Counted from the first letter of the stretch, positions 27,650 to 38,004 are shown. The stretch: 64,000 nt of DNA from an uncultured Bacteroidales bacterium (GCA_949289565.1 CASEOO010000030.1:145813-209812), one strand, 5' to 3'. Notes: generated from the sequence alone by a model not told the origin. Numbers and translations are program-made.

Positions 27650-28720
27650 ATGAGAAAATTAGCTATCCTCTTGACAGTCTTTCTGGTTTCGTTGCCGGCG
27701 GTTTTCGCCCAGGACCAGAAAAGGACTTGCGTCGTAGGTTTCTACAATCTTGAAAACCTCTTCGACATATATGATGACCCGGCCAAGAATGACGAGGAAT
27801 TCCTCCCTGACGGGAAAAACCAGTGGACCGAGGTGAAATATCAGAAAAAACTTCACAATATGGCGGCTGTGATACGGTCGATGGCCGAGACTAACGGACG
27901 TTTTCACTCTGTTTTGGGTGTAAGCGAGGTAGAGAACCGTCTTGTTCTCGAGGACCTGGTCAGCCAGCCTGAGATAGCTGATGCGAATTATCAGATAGTG
28001 CACTATGACGGCCCTGACACCAGGGGTATAGATGTCGGCCTGCTTTACCGTCCAAACCAGTTCAAGCTTCTGGACAGCGAGTCCATACCGTTTGATTTCG
28101 GCAGCGCGAAGATAGAATTTGCCATGGAAGGCGAAGACAGGGTGAAGTTCAAGACCAGGGACATACTGATGGCGCATGGTCTTCTCGACGGCGAGGAGTT
28201 CGCTTTCTATGTGGCTCATCTGCCTTCACGTATTGGTGGCAAGGGCTGGGACTTGAGAAGCCGTGGAGCAGAGATTATCTATGAGCATGCTATGGAGATG
28301 ATGAAAAAGTATCCCGGCATCAAGATAGTGGTGATGGGCGACATGAACGACAATCCTGTAGACATCAGCATGACAGAATTCATGCATGGAAAAGAGAAGC
28401 CGGAGCAGGTGGGAAAAGATGATTTCTTCTCTCCGTTCATGTCCATGCTGAAAGCAGGCTACGGCTCGCTGGCGTATCAGGGCACATGGAACATCTATGA
28501 CATCATACTCGTGAACGAGTCCCTGCTGAATGCCCCGGACGGCGGTTTCAAAATCCGTCCTGTGGGCAAAAGAGGCTTCTACGGCGTGATATACAAGAAA
28601 AATTTCATGATTCAGCAGCGAGGCCAGTATAAGGGCACGCCGTTCAGGACTTTCTCGAACGGGGCGTTCATAGGCGGATACAGCGACCATCTCCCGACAT
28701 ACATTGTACTGGAAAAATGA
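27650..28720 (+). CDS. Secreted endonuclease/exonuclease/phosphatase (EEP, DNase I-like) family protein
   Basis: Signal peptide, GFYNLENLFD, EVEN, D.RGIDV, HLPSR, MGDMND, GGYSDHLP. Confidence 0.9.
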   Translation: MRKLAILLTVFLVSLPAVFAQDQKRTCVVGFYNLENLFDIYDDPAKNDEEFLPDGKNQWTEVKYQKKLHNMAAVIRSMAETNGRFHSVLGVSEVENRLVLEDLVSQPEIADANYQIVHYDGPDTRGIDVGLLYRPNQFKLLDSESIPFDFGSAKIEFAMEGEDRVKFKTRDILMAHGLLDGEEFAFYVAHLPSRIGGKGWDLRSRGAEIIYEHAMEMMKKYPGIKIVVMGDMNDNPVDISMTEFMHGKEKPEQVGKDDFFSPFMSMLKAGYGSLAYQGTWNIYDIILVNESLLNAPDGGFKIRPVGKRGFYGVIYKKNFMIQQRGQYKGTPFRTFSNGAFIGGYSDHLPTYIVLEK

Positions 28721-28789
28721 CAGGGACCATATAGCTGTCCGAAATATGCAGAAATGCGATTTGCAGGATAGCAGAATAGAATTTTAACA

Positions 28790-31700
28790 ATGGAAAATAT
28801 GTACAGAAAATTATTGCCAATCTTAATGGCGGCGATATTCATCCTGCCTCAGACAGCGGCGGCGCAAGACAGGCAGAAAACCTACGGTGGCAGGATAGAG
28901 TGGTACCAGAATCCTGTTTCCGGCAGGGAAGGCGGAGTGAAGGGAACAGTGGTGAACAGGAACGGAAGGGTGCCTGTAGCAGATGCCGTAGTGGCTCTCT
29001 ACCATGGCGATGAGCTGATAGCGAGGGCGTCCCTGGATGAGAGCGCGCAGTTTCTTTTTTCAGATATAGACAATGGCGACTACCGGCTGGTGGTGGGCGC
29101 TCCAGGGTTCAACAGCACTGAAGTAAATGTGAAAGTAGAGGGGTTCGTCCGGGACCTCGTCTTCGTCTCGCTGGTGTCAGCGCAGAAGACTATGACTGAA
29201 TTCGATGAGTCCAGCTTCATGGAATTCGACATGGATGATTCTGGATACGATGACGCTCCCTCGCTGCTGTACGGGAACGATGTATACTCAAATATTGCCG
29301 GGTACGGCTTCAGCGCCATCAGGTTCAAGAACAGGGGATATGCCAGCGAGTCCCAGGAAGTGTATCTGAGCGGAGTGAAGATGAACGATGCAGTCACTGG
29401 ATACACTCCATGGTCTCTGTGGAGCGGCTTGAACGAGGCGATGAGGAGCAAGGAGACCACCATCGGCAACGAGGTATATGACTATGGCTTCGGCGGATAC
29501 AACGGTGTGACCAATATCCTCGCCACCCCTTCCAGTGTGCGGAAAGGCTGGAGGTTCAGCGCTTTGACGAACAGTGCCCTGTATCGTTTCAGGCTGATGG
29601 CCACCTATGCTTCAGGCGAGCTGGACAACGGCTGGTCCTATGCTTTCAATGTATCTGCCCGCCTTGGCGGCAATGACTGGGTGAAAGGTATCTACTACCG
29701 TTCGTTCGCCTACTATGCCGGAGTCGAGAAGAAATTCGGCGACATGCACAGGCTCAGCCTCGTGGCTTTCGCCTCACCGACGAACAGAGGTGCCCAGAAT
29801 GCGTCCACACAGGAAGTCTATGACCTGGTAGGAGACAACATGTACAACTCGAACTGGGGCTATCAGGACGGAAAGCTCCGCAATGCCCGTGTCCGCAAGA
29901 CACACGAGCCGGTCTTCATCCTGAAATATACTGCCACCCCTCTGGACAATCTCGAAGCCTCAGCCACAGTCACCTACAGAACGGGAAAGAACGGATACAC
30001 TGCTCTCGACTGGTATGACACTTACGACCCGAGACCTGACTACTACAGGAATCTCCCGAGCTATTTCTGGATGCAGGATTCAGACTACGGCAGAAACAGC
30101 TATGAAAAATATGCATGGGCGCAGGAAGCTTGGCTGACTAACTACAACAGCACCCGCCACATAAATTGGGACAGGCTTTACAATGTGAACAGCCACAATC
30201 TCGATGCAGATGGGTTAGGCCGTTCTAAATATATCATCGAAGAACGCCGGACAGACCAGAACGACATAAATCTGAACGGAAGCGTGAAATGGCAGGCTAA
30301 GGACTGGGTCACATTGACCGGAGGCCTTAACTGGAGATGGAACAAGACTGAATATTACAAGATTGCAGACGACCTGCTCGGAGGAGATTACTACATAAAT
30401 ATCGACCAGTTCGCCGAGCGTGATTTCGCTTCCGACCCGGCCATGATACAGAATGATTTGGATTATTATTTTGCAAACGGTTCTGCACAGAGGCTTTTTG
30501 CCGGGGACAAGTACGGATATGATTACTTCGCAAATGTACGTGACGCCGAGATCTGGGCGAACGCGTCTTTTGAAAAAGGACATTTCCGCGGCTATGCCGC
30601 TTTGCAGGGCGGTTATTCCAAGTTCTGGAGAGACGGAGTCTACAGAAAAGGCCTTTTTGCCGGCCTGGATGAAAACGGCAACGAAATAATAAGCCCTGCC
30701 ACGGGCAATGTCCTGACTGTCTATGACAAAGACGGGAAGGCCATCACTTCTAAGGGCCGCTCGGACGTGGCTGACTTTTTCACGTATTCCGCCAAGATAG
30801 GAGCCAGCTGGTTTTTCACCGGAGGACACCGGGTGTATGCGAATGCAGGATATTTCAACGATGCCCCTACATTCAACCAGTCATTCATATCTCCGAGAAC
30901 CAGGAACACGCTGGTGCCGAACCTGACCACTACGAAGACCGTGTCGGCCGACATCAACTATACCTACAGCAACAACGGCTACGATCTCCGCCTGACGGGA
31001 TTCTGGACTAAAATCATGGACCAGACCGACATGATGAGCTTCTATGACGATTCTCAGAATTCTTTCACGAATTTCGCGATGACCGGCATAGACCAGAGGC
31101 ATATGGGCATAGAACTCGGTTTCGAAATTCCTCTTTATCTCCAGAATGTCTTTCTCCAGGGTGTGCTGAGCTGGGGCGAGTATATCTACACTTCGACTCC
31201 GCATATGACACAGACGATAGACAACAGTGCTGAAGTCATCATCGACAACCAGCCTGTGACCTACTGGAAGAGCCATCCGATATACAGGAAGACCACAGTG
31301 GACGGCATCGTGACTTACGACAAGGACGCCGGAGGAAACTATATCCTCGAAAAGGACCAGAAGCACTATGTGCCGAGCACGCCTCAGCTGGCCGCCGACC
31401 TGGGAATCCGCTACCGCAGCAATTCATACTGGTTTGTCGAGCTGAACGGACAGTTTTTCGCCCATTCGTATCTCGACATGAACCCGCTGTACAGGACCAT
31501 GACTGCTGTCGCCGGTCCTGACAATGCGATGACTGACGCTGCTCTCGAAGAGCACAGCAGGAACTGGTTCCTGAATGAGACCATTCAGGACAATATGGGC
31601 CTGTCTCCGCAGGAAATTGAATATATGGCCGCCCAGGAGGAATTCGATCCTGTATTCTTGCTGAATGCCAGCGTGGGCAAGTCATGGTATATAGACAGAA

Positions 31701-31885
31701 AGTACAATTTCGGCTTTTCTCTTGAGGTGAAAAACATTCTGAACAACAGGAATGTGAAGACAGGAGGCTACGAGCAGACCCGTCTGATCGACAGCGAAAG
31801 CCGGACCAGGTATTATCGGTTCGACCCGAAATATTTCTACATGAGCGGAGTCAATTATATGCTGAATTTGTATTTCCGTTTCTGA
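28790..31885 (+). CDS. TonB-dependent receptor with N-terminal carboxypeptidase-regulatory-like domain
   Basis: Signal peptide, plug RFKNRGY..WSLWSGLN, YNSNWGYQDGK.RNAR, DPRPDYYRNLPSY, DLLGGDYY, TGGYEQ.R, C-terminal LYFRF. Confidence 0.88.
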   Translation: MENMYRKLLPILMAAIFILPQTAAAQDRQKTYGGRIEWYQNPVSGREGGVKGTVVNRNGRVPVADAVVALYHGDELIARASLDESAQFLFSDIDNGDYRLVVGAPGFNSTEVNVKVEGFVRDLVFVSLVSAQKTMTEFDESSFMEFDMDDSGYDDAPSLLYGNDVYSNIAGYGFSAIRFKNRGYASESQEVYLSGVKMNDAVTGYTPWSLWSGLNEAMRSKETTIGNEVYDYGFGGYNGVTNILATPSSVRKGWRFSALTNSALYRFRLMATYASGELDNGWSYAFNVSARLGGNDWVKGIYYRSFAYYAGVEKKFGDMHRLSLVAFASPTNRGAQNASTQEVYDLVGDNMYNSNWGYQDGKLRNARVRKTHEPVFILKYTATPLDNLEASATVTYRTGKNGYTALDWYDTYDPRPDYYRNLPSYFWMQDSDYGRNSYEKYAWAQEAWLTNYNSTRHINWDRLYNVNSHNLDADGLGRSKYIIEERRTDQNDINLNGSVKWQAKDWVTLTGGLNWRWNKTEYYKIADDLLGGDYYINIDQFAERDFASDPAMIQNDLDYYFANGSAQRLFAGDKYGYDYFANVRDAEIWANASFEKGHFRGYAALQGGYSKFWRDGVYRKGLFAGLDENGNEIISPATGNVLTVYDKDGKAITSKGRSDVADFFTYSAKIGASWFFTGGHRVYANAGYFNDAPTFNQSFISPRTRNTLVPNLTTTKTVSADINYTYSNNGYDLRLTGFWTKIMDQTDMMSFYDDSQNSFTNFAMTGIDQRHMGIELGFEIPLYLQNVFLQGVLSWGEYIYTSTPHMTQTIDNSAEVIIDNQPVTYWKSHPIYRKTTVDGIVTYDKDAGGNYILEKDQKHYVPSTPQLAADLGIRYRSNSYWFVELNGQFFAHSYLDMNPLYRTMTAVAGPDNAMTDAALEEHSRNWFLNETIQDNMGLSPQEIEYMAAQEEFDPVFLLNASVGKSWYIDRKYNFGFSLEVKNILNNRNVKTGGYEQTRLIDSESRTRYYRFDPKYFYMSGVNYMLNLYFRF

Positions 31886-31929
31886 AATGCCTGTCAAAGT
31901 AAAATTTACATAAATAATTTCAAGTTCAG

Positions 31930-33018
31930 ATGAAAAGAATATTCAATATAAAACTGACCGCCGCGGCAATGCTTTCTTCTGCTCTGATTTTGAGTTCCTG
32001 CGAGGAATTCACGCCTGTTTTCACCGGCAAATATCCGGAGCCTGAGCAGTGGAGTCCTGTGGAGATGGTTGTTACGCATACGATAGCTGAGCTGGCGGGA
32101 ATGTACACTCCAGGGAAGGCTTTCGAAATAGAGGACGCCATAGTGATTTCCGGGAAAGTATCCACTTCGGACCAGGCCGGAAACTTCTACCGCAGCCTGT
32201 ATATCCAGGATGAGACAGGAGGTATAGAGCTCAAAATGGGCAAGACGGGGCTGTACAACGAATACAAGCCAGGGCAGACTGTATATGTGGCATGCAAGGG
32301 CCTCTGGCTTGGGATGTACGGATATGACGATGATGAAGCATACGGCGGTGCCGGCATGGTGCAGCTTGGATTTGAAGATCCGACAGGGGAATACGAGACA
32401 TCATACATTGAGGTGCAGTATCTGATAGACCAGCATATCTTCCGCGGGGAAACCGGAGAGCCGGTGGAGCCTGTGGCTGTCGCAGAGCAGGACCTGCCTG
32501 GACAGTGGGATACGCAGGCAGACAACCAGTATGTAGGAAGGCTTGTGACCCTCAGCGGGCTGACATACGGGAACGAGATTTTCACTCTGCTGTATGTGAA
32601 TCCGAATCTGGATCACAAGACATCAGGCAACAGAGTCTTCCTGTCTGACCAGACTCATGGAGTGACTACATGGGCTATGAGCGAGCAGAAAGTGAAAGAG
32701 CATCTGCAGGCAGGCGACTGGGACGCTGTCTATATCGGCAATTCAAGAGATTATACATATGGCACAGTTGGCGATGCCAAGAATAAGGAAACTCTTTTGA
32801 AATATGCCGCCCCGGCGAATGTCAGCCAGTATTTCAAGATGGGTGAAAAAGAGATACAGATCCGTACCAGCGGGTATTGCCGTTTCGCTGACCTGGAAAT
32901 CGATCCTGACGTGCTGGCCGGGAAAAAGACCATTGATGCGACGGGTGTCCTGACTATGTATCAGGGCAACATCCAGTTCGTGCTTCTTGACCAGACAGGT
33001 GTCAAAGTCAACGAGTAG
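31930..33018 (+). CDS. DUF5689-type OB-fold lipoprotein
   Basis: Lipobox LSSC; TIAEL..ISGKVSTSDQAGNFYRSLYIQDETGGIEL..LYNEYKPGQTVYV.CKGL; IRTSGYCRFA. Confidence 0.82.
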   Translation: MKRIFNIKLTAAAMLSSALILSSCEEFTPVFTGKYPEPEQWSPVEMVVTHTIAELAGMYTPGKAFEIEDAIVISGKVSTSDQAGNFYRSLYIQDETGGIELKMGKTGLYNEYKPGQTVYVACKGLWLGMYGYDDDEAYGGAGMVQLGFEDPTGEYETSYIEVQYLIDQHIFRGETGEPVEPVAVAEQDLPGQWDTQADNQYVGRLVTLSGLTYGNEIFTLLYVNPNLDHKTSGNRVFLSDQTHGVTTWAMSEQKVKEHLQAGDWDAVYIGNSRDYTYGTVGDAKNKETLLKYAAPANVSQYFKMGEKEIQIRTSGYCRFADLEIDPDVLAGKKTIDATGVLTMYQGNIQFVLLDQTGVKVNE

Positions 33019-33067
33019 TGCAGGAAGGAGGGCTTGTACACTTTCTTTGATTCCGAAGAAACTGATA

Positions 33068-33114
33068 AAATCCGGCGAAATTATTGGATATCTGACAATA
33101 ATTTCGCCGGATTT
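33068..33114. repeat. Perfect 19-bp inverted repeat upstream of the M3 peptidase promoter
   Basis: AAATCCGGCGAAATTATTG-N9-CAATAATTTCGCCGGATTT; TACCTTTG at 33129-33136. Confidence 0.8.
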
Positions 33115-33174
33115 ATGTTAATTATATATACCTTTGTACTCTATGTGTACTGAACCTCTAAACCTACTGAGAAG

Positions 33175-35460
33175 ATGACCAGAAAATTTTTGTTTTCAGG
33201 CATAGCATTGATTATGATGTCTTGCAGCAATTTGAATCCCTTCTTCGGGGAGTGGGACACTCCATACGGGATTCCTCCTTTCGAGGAGATTTCAGAAAAA
33301 GATTACCTCCGCGCCGTAAAGTTCGGAATTCATCAGCAGTCTGCTGAAGTGGACGCCATCATTGCGCGGGACGCGGCTCCTACATTCGAAAATACGATAG
33401 CGGCATATGAATATTCAGGTGAGGTCCTCGACAGGGCGTTGCTGGTGCTTTTCAATCTGGCGGAGAGCGATGCCACGCCTGCTCTTCAGAAAGTCGTGGA
33501 CAAGGTGATTCCTCTGCTTACCGAGCATACTGACAATATTTTCATGAATCCTTATTTTTTCGAGAGGGTGAAAGCCGTGTATGACCGGAGAGATTCTTCT
33601 GGCCTGACTTCTGAGCAGATCAGGCTGACTGAGAAGATATATCGGCAGTTCCTGTCGAACGGTGTTTCTCTTGATGCCGCAGGTCAGGCCAGGATGAGGG
33701 AGATAAACAGTGAACTGGCGGCGCTGGAGCAGACATTCGGAAACAATCTCCTCGCGGAGACCAATGCCTTCACTATGCTCCTGACAGATTCTTCGGAAGT
33801 AGCCGGACTGCCGGAAGCCGTGCTGCATTCGGCCGCGTCAGAGGCTTCAGCCGCCGGCATTTCTGCCAAGGCGGCCGCCCGGCTGAAGAATATCGATGAA
33901 AGTGCGGTGGCTCCAGGCGGACCATGGCTTTTCACCCTTCAGAATGCGAGCTATGTGCCGTTCATGACATACAGCGCAAACAGGGAGCTGCGCGAAAAGA
34001 TGTTCAATGCATATTCTTCGAGAGGAAATCATGGCAACGACAGGGACAACAAGGACATCGTTGTGAAAATAATGTCTCTGCGGATAGAGAAGGCGAAGCT
34101 TCTGGGGTATGATACACCGGCGGCATTCATCCTTTCTGACAAGATGGCTGGAAATTCCGCCGCAGTGGATGTTTTTCTGGAGAGGATTTTTGATGCCGGA
34201 GTGGCCAGGGCCAAGGAAGAGGCTGCTGATTTGCAGGCAGTGATGAACGCAGACGTGGAAGCTGGACTGCTCCCGGATGACAGCACCTCAGTGATACGTC
34301 CGTGGGACTGGGCTTATTATGCTGAGAAAGTCCGTGTGGCAAAGTACGCGATAGACGAGTCTGCTGTGAAGCCTTATTTCAAAATGGAGAATGTCAGGGA
34401 GGGGGTCTTCAGCACCGCTCATAAATTGTACGGCCTGAACTTCGAGAAACTGGACAGTATTCCTGTTTATCATCCGGATATGGAGGGGTTCAAGGTGACT
34501 GATGCCGACAGTTCGCTGGTGGGCATCCTGCTGACAGACTATTATCCGCGCAGCACCAAGCGTGGCGGTGCCTGGATGACTAATTTCCGGTATCAGCAGA
34601 TTTCCGCTGACGCCGAAGATGTCCGCCCGATAGTCTGCAATGTCGCCAATTTTACGAAACCGGCGGCTGGCAAGCCATCGCTTCTTACTCAGGATGAGGC
34701 GGCAACGATGTTCCATGAATTCGGTCATGCATTGCACGGGCTTCTGAGCCAGTGCACATATAAGGATATGAGCGGGACGAATGTCACGAGGGATTTTGTG
34801 GAGCTGCCGTCGCAGCTGAATGAAAACTGGGCGTTCCAGCCTGAGGTTCTTTCCATGTATGCGCGCCATTATGAGACTGGAGAGATGATTCCGGATTCAT
34901 TGGTGTCCAAAATCAGGGATGCAGGCAAGTTCAACCAAGGGTTCATGACGTCAGAGCTGGCCGCGGCTTCGATTCTGGATATGAGATGGCATGAGCTGAC
35001 TTCCGTATATGTCCCTTCTGACTGTCAGTTTGCATCATCCGTTCCTGCTCCAGAGGGTGCTGAACCTGCGTTTTTAGTGATTGGCGGAAAGAAAATTCCT
35101 ACTGGGGAGGCTGAGGATCTGATGGTGATAGATCCTGTGAAGTTCGAGGCGGCCATGATGAAAGAGGCCGGTCTGATAGACGAGATTATCCCGCGCTACA
35201 GGACGACATATTTCAATCATATTTTCAAAGGCGGGTACAATGCCGGCTACTACAGCTATCTATGGGCAGAGGTCCTCGACAAGGATGCTTTCGAGCTTTT
35301 CCTCAGGCGCGGCATCTTCGACAGCCGTACCGCCATGTCTTATCGCCGCAATATTCTGGAGAAAGGCGACAGTGAAGATCCGATGACTCTGTACAAGAAA
35401 TTCCGTGGCGCCGAGCCGGATCCGGACGCACTTCTTCGTGCACGCGGGCTTGATAATTAA
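33175..35460 (+). CDS. dcp: M3-family metallopeptidase (peptidyl-dipeptidase Dcp-like), lipoprotein
   Basis: NPFF.EW.TPYG.PPF, PWDWAYY, KRGGAWM, FHEFGHALH zinc motif, DFVELPSQ..ENW, YFNHIF.GGY.AGYYSY.WAE. Confidence 0.9.
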   Translation: MTRKFLFSGIALIMMSCSNLNPFFGEWDTPYGIPPFEEISEKDYLRAVKFGIHQQSAEVDAIIARDAAPTFENTIAAYEYSGEVLDRALLVLFNLAESDATPALQKVVDKVIPLLTEHTDNIFMNPYFFERVKAVYDRRDSSGLTSEQIRLTEKIYRQFLSNGVSLDAAGQARMREINSELAALEQTFGNNLLAETNAFTMLLTDSSEVAGLPEAVLHSAASEASAAGISAKAAARLKNIDESAVAPGGPWLFTLQNASYVPFMTYSANRELREKMFNAYSSRGNHGNDRDNKDIVVKIMSLRIEKAKLLGYDTPAAFILSDKMAGNSAAVDVFLERIFDAGVARAKEEAADLQAVMNADVEAGLLPDDSTSVIRPWDWAYYAEKVRVAKYAIDESAVKPYFKMENVREGVFSTAHKLYGLNFEKLDSIPVYHPDMEGFKVTDADSSLVGILLTDYYPRSTKRGGAWMTNFRYQQISADAEDVRPIVCNVANFTKPAAGKPSLLTQDEAATMFHEFGHALHGLLSQCTYKDMSGTNVTRDFVELPSQLNENWAFQPEVLSMYARHYETGEMIPDSLVSKIRDAGKFNQGFMTSELAAASILDMRWHELTSVYVPSDCQFASSVPAPEGAEPAFLVIGGKKIPTGEAEDLMVIDPVKFEAAMMKEAGLIDEIIPRYRTTYFNHIFKGGYNAGYYSYLWAEVLDKDAFELFLRRGIFDSRTAMSYRRNILEKGDSEDPMTLYKKFRGAEPDPDALLRARGLDN

Positions 35461-35462
35461 AA

Positions 35463-35500
35463 AACAGGGGATGGCTCAAAAATAAAAGTCATCCCCTGTT
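35463..35500. terminator. Stem-loop (probable terminator) between convergent dcp and manA
   Basis: AACAGGGGATG...CATCCCCTGTT with flanking A/T runs. Confidence 0.7.
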
Positions 35501-35603
35501 TCATTGTTTTTCCGCGAGGCCGGTCTCGGCTTCTTTTCCGGATATCCGGCACTCAGAGAGAACAAACCTTTTTGGTTCTCTGTGATGGCATGGCCAGTTC
35601 TGC

Positions 35604-36575
35604 TTATACGAAAGAAGTGAGCACTTTCAGAGAGCCGTCAGGAATGAATCTCAGGGAAGAGGCAGAAGCCGGAATCAGTACAGTCTCGCCCTGATGTATG
35701 CTTTCGCAGTTTCCTTCACCATCCACTATCTCTCCATGGCCTGCTGTGCAGATCACTATCAGGAAAGAATCCAGCCCGGAAAGATCTTTCACATATGGCT
35801 TGTCCATTTCCAGTAGAGATGTCGTAAAATACTGGCAGCTCACCAGGACGGTTTCTTCGTTTTTCTTTTCAGTGTAGTGAGTCCGGTAGTCTTCATGCAC
35901 GCTGTAGTCTATCGCATCCTTTGCCAGCTCGGTATGCAGCTCGCGTGGCTTCCCGTCCAGGCCGAGCCTCCCGAAATCATAGATGCGGTAGGTGATGTTC
36001 GATGTCTGCTGGATTTCTGCAATGAACGAGCCTGCTCCGATGCTGTGTATGCGTCCTGCCGGCAGGAAGAACACGTCTCCGGGAGAAACCCTGTAGTCGT
36101 GGAGCACATCGGTGATGGTGTTGTTTTCCACCCGTGCTGCATATTCTTCAGGAGTGATGGCCTGTGTGAGCCCTGACATCAGGTGCGCATCCTTGTCGGC
36201 ATTCACCACATACCACATTTCTGTCTTGCCTTTCGAGCCATCGTGTCTTCTGGCGGCCAGCTCGTCATTTGGATGCACCTGTATGGACAGGTCCTGGCGG
36301 GCATCTATGAACTTGATGAGCAGAGGGAATTCTGTCCCTGTTTTTTCGTAATTCGCCTTTCCGATCAGCTCTTCCTTGTACTCTGAAATAAGCTCGGTGA
36401 TGTTTTTTCCGGCGAGCGGACCGTTCGCCACGACTGATTCGTTGCCTTTTACACCTGAGAGCTCCCAGCTTTCACCTATATTGTGCTGGTCTGTTTCAAT
36501 GCCTTTGAACGGCGCTATTTTTTCTCCGCCCCATACCAGGGTCTTGAGAATCGGTCTGAATTTAAGTGGATACAT
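35604..36575 (-). CDS. manA: Mannose-6-phosphate isomerase, class I
   Basis: VWGG, GESWELS, FPLLIKFIDA..LSIQVHP, KTEMWY, PAGRIH, EIQQTS.ITYRIYD. Confidence 0.94.
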   Translation of the reverse strand: MYPLKFRPILKTLVWGGEKIAPFKGIETDQHNIGESWELSGVKGNESVVANGPLAGKNITELISEYKEELIGKANYEKTGTEFPLLIKFIDARQDLSIQVHPNDELAARRHDGSKGKTEMWYVVNADKDAHLMSGLTQAITPEEYAARVENNTITDVLHDYRVSPGDVFFLPAGRIHSIGAGSFIAEIQQTSNITYRIYDFGRLGLDGKPRELHTELAKDAIDYSVHEDYRTHYTEKKNEETVLVSCQYFTTSLLEMDKPYVKDLSGLDSFLIVICTAGHGEIVDGEGNCESIHQGETVLIPASASSLRFIPDGSLKVLTSFV

Positions 36576-36589
36576 ATCTTTTTCTTAAA

Positions 36590-37714
36590 TTATTTTCCGG
36601 ATGGCTGGCGCATCTTGTCCAGCTGGCTGAGCGCGAAGGTGTAAGCCCCTACAGAAATTGCCTTGCTGGCTCCGAGTTTTGATATAGCTATGCCGATGCG
36701 CTTTTGAGGGTCGTAAATCACCTCGTCATCGAATCCGTATACTTTCAGTTTCTGCTGGCTTCCTTTTGCAAAGGCCGCGAATTCTTCAGGGTCGTCCAGA
36801 TTATATACCTTGGACTGTACACGTCCTGTCTCCTCACCTTTGAAAGTGTGGATTTTTCCGCGAAGCGCCTGCAGAAGACTTGGCATGAAATATTTGTGAG
36901 AGGCAGTCACCCCGCCGCCGATGACTATCAGCCCGTCAATCAAGGTCGCGGCAGTAGCCATGGCATCTCCGGCGGCCGCTCCGATTTCAGCAAATGCTTT
37001 CTTTGCCGCATCCACATCTCCGGGAATCTTGCCTTCGGCAATGTCGAAAATGTCCTTAGGCTCGAATTTATGGTCCGGATTCCCGGACAATTCACCATAT
37101 ATCCTTTTCACTGCCTTGATGGCAATGCCGTCTTCGACGATCATGTCCCTGTTGTCTTTGTGCGGCAGGCAGAATGTTTCCACGCAGGAGTTGTCTCCAC
37201 GGTTCAGCTGGCCGTTCACGACGATGCCGACACCGAATCCTGTCCCGAATGTGTAGCCTATCAAGTTGTGATAGCGTTTGCCGCTTCCGGCCGCCTCCAG
37301 TTTCCCGTTTATTTCAGGAAGAATGCCTCCAAGGGCTTCGCCATAGGCGAAAAGGTCGCCGTCGTTGTTGATGAAAACCGGGACGCCGAAGGTCTTGCTG
37401 AGGAACGGTCCGAGAGCTACGCCGTCTCTGAATGAAGGGAAGTTCGGCAGATAGCCTCCGATGATTCCATTGGGATAGTCAGCAGGGCCAGGGAATGCGA
37501 AGCTGATGGCCGCAGGCTTTTCTCCGAGTTTTTCTATTATGGTCTTGAATCCTGTCACCATAGTGCCGAGGCACAGGTCGAGTGTGTCGGAATGTGCAGG
37601 CAGAGTCAGAGGATCGACAATGAATTCACCGCCTTTCATGGCTCCGAATACCATGTTTGTTCCTCCGGCATCAAGCGTTAGCACGATGCGCGAGTCATTT
37701 TTGAAATCGGTCAT
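36590..37714 (-). CDS. ROK-family sugar kinase (Bacteroidales hexokinase-like)
   Basis: LDAGGTN, FPGPADY, INNDGDLFAYGE, TFGTGFGVG, IVIGGG; upstream of manA on the same strand. Confidence 0.88.
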   Translation of the reverse strand: MTDFKNDSRIVLTLDAGGTNMVFGAMKGGEFIVDPLTLPAHSDTLDLCLGTMVTGFKTIIEKLGEKPAAISFAFPGPADYPNGIIGGYLPNFPSFRDGVALGPFLSKTFGVPVFINNDGDLFAYGEALGGILPEINGKLEAAGSGKRYHNLIGYTFGTGFGVGIVVNGQLNRGDNSCVETFCLPHKDNRDMIVEDGIAIKAVKRIYGELSGNPDHKFEPKDIFDIAEGKIPGDVDAAKKAFAEIGAAAGDAMATAATLIDGLIVIGGGVTASHKYFMPSLLQALRGKIHTFKGEETGRVQSKVYNLDDPEEFAAFAKGSQQKLKVYGFDDEVIYDPQKRIGIAISKLGASKAISVGAYTFALSQLDKMRQPSGK

Positions 37715-37754
37715 AGTTATTGGTCTTAAATATTGTTTGAGTGGTTATTAATGA

Positions 37755-37967
37755 GAGAGGGTGACTCAAAAGGGCTTTTGGTCACCCTCAAACGTCTTTC
37801 TTGGAAAGACTGGACCCATCCTAACCCCCTCTGTTCGCTTTCGAATGTCCACCGGACATTCTCATAGAACCGCTCTCGACCCCTATTAGGGGGATCTCGC
37901 TCCTTCCAGTCGCGGTCACTTCGTGACTTTTGACCCGCCCTCTCAAACGTCTTTCTTGGAAAGACTG
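37755..37967. repeat. Palindrome-rich intergenic element (MITE/REP-like)
   Basis: 26-bp direct repeat CTCAAACGTCTTTCTTGGAAAGACTG at 37787 and 37942; imperfect 18-bp inverted ends GAGAGGGTGACTCAAAAG / CTTTTGACCCGCCCTCTC; internal hairpins GAATGTCC-ACC-GGACATTC and GTCAC-TTC-GTGAC. Confidence 0.7.
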
Positions 37968-38004
37968 AACTCTTCAATTTTTCGCAAGCCTCGTGGCTGC
38001 CGTC

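Noticed and set aside
37787..37967. Two 26-bp palindromic repeats considered as a mini CRISPR array
   Set aside because: Only two units, a 129-bp structured spacer and no cas genes; fits a MITE/REP-like element better.
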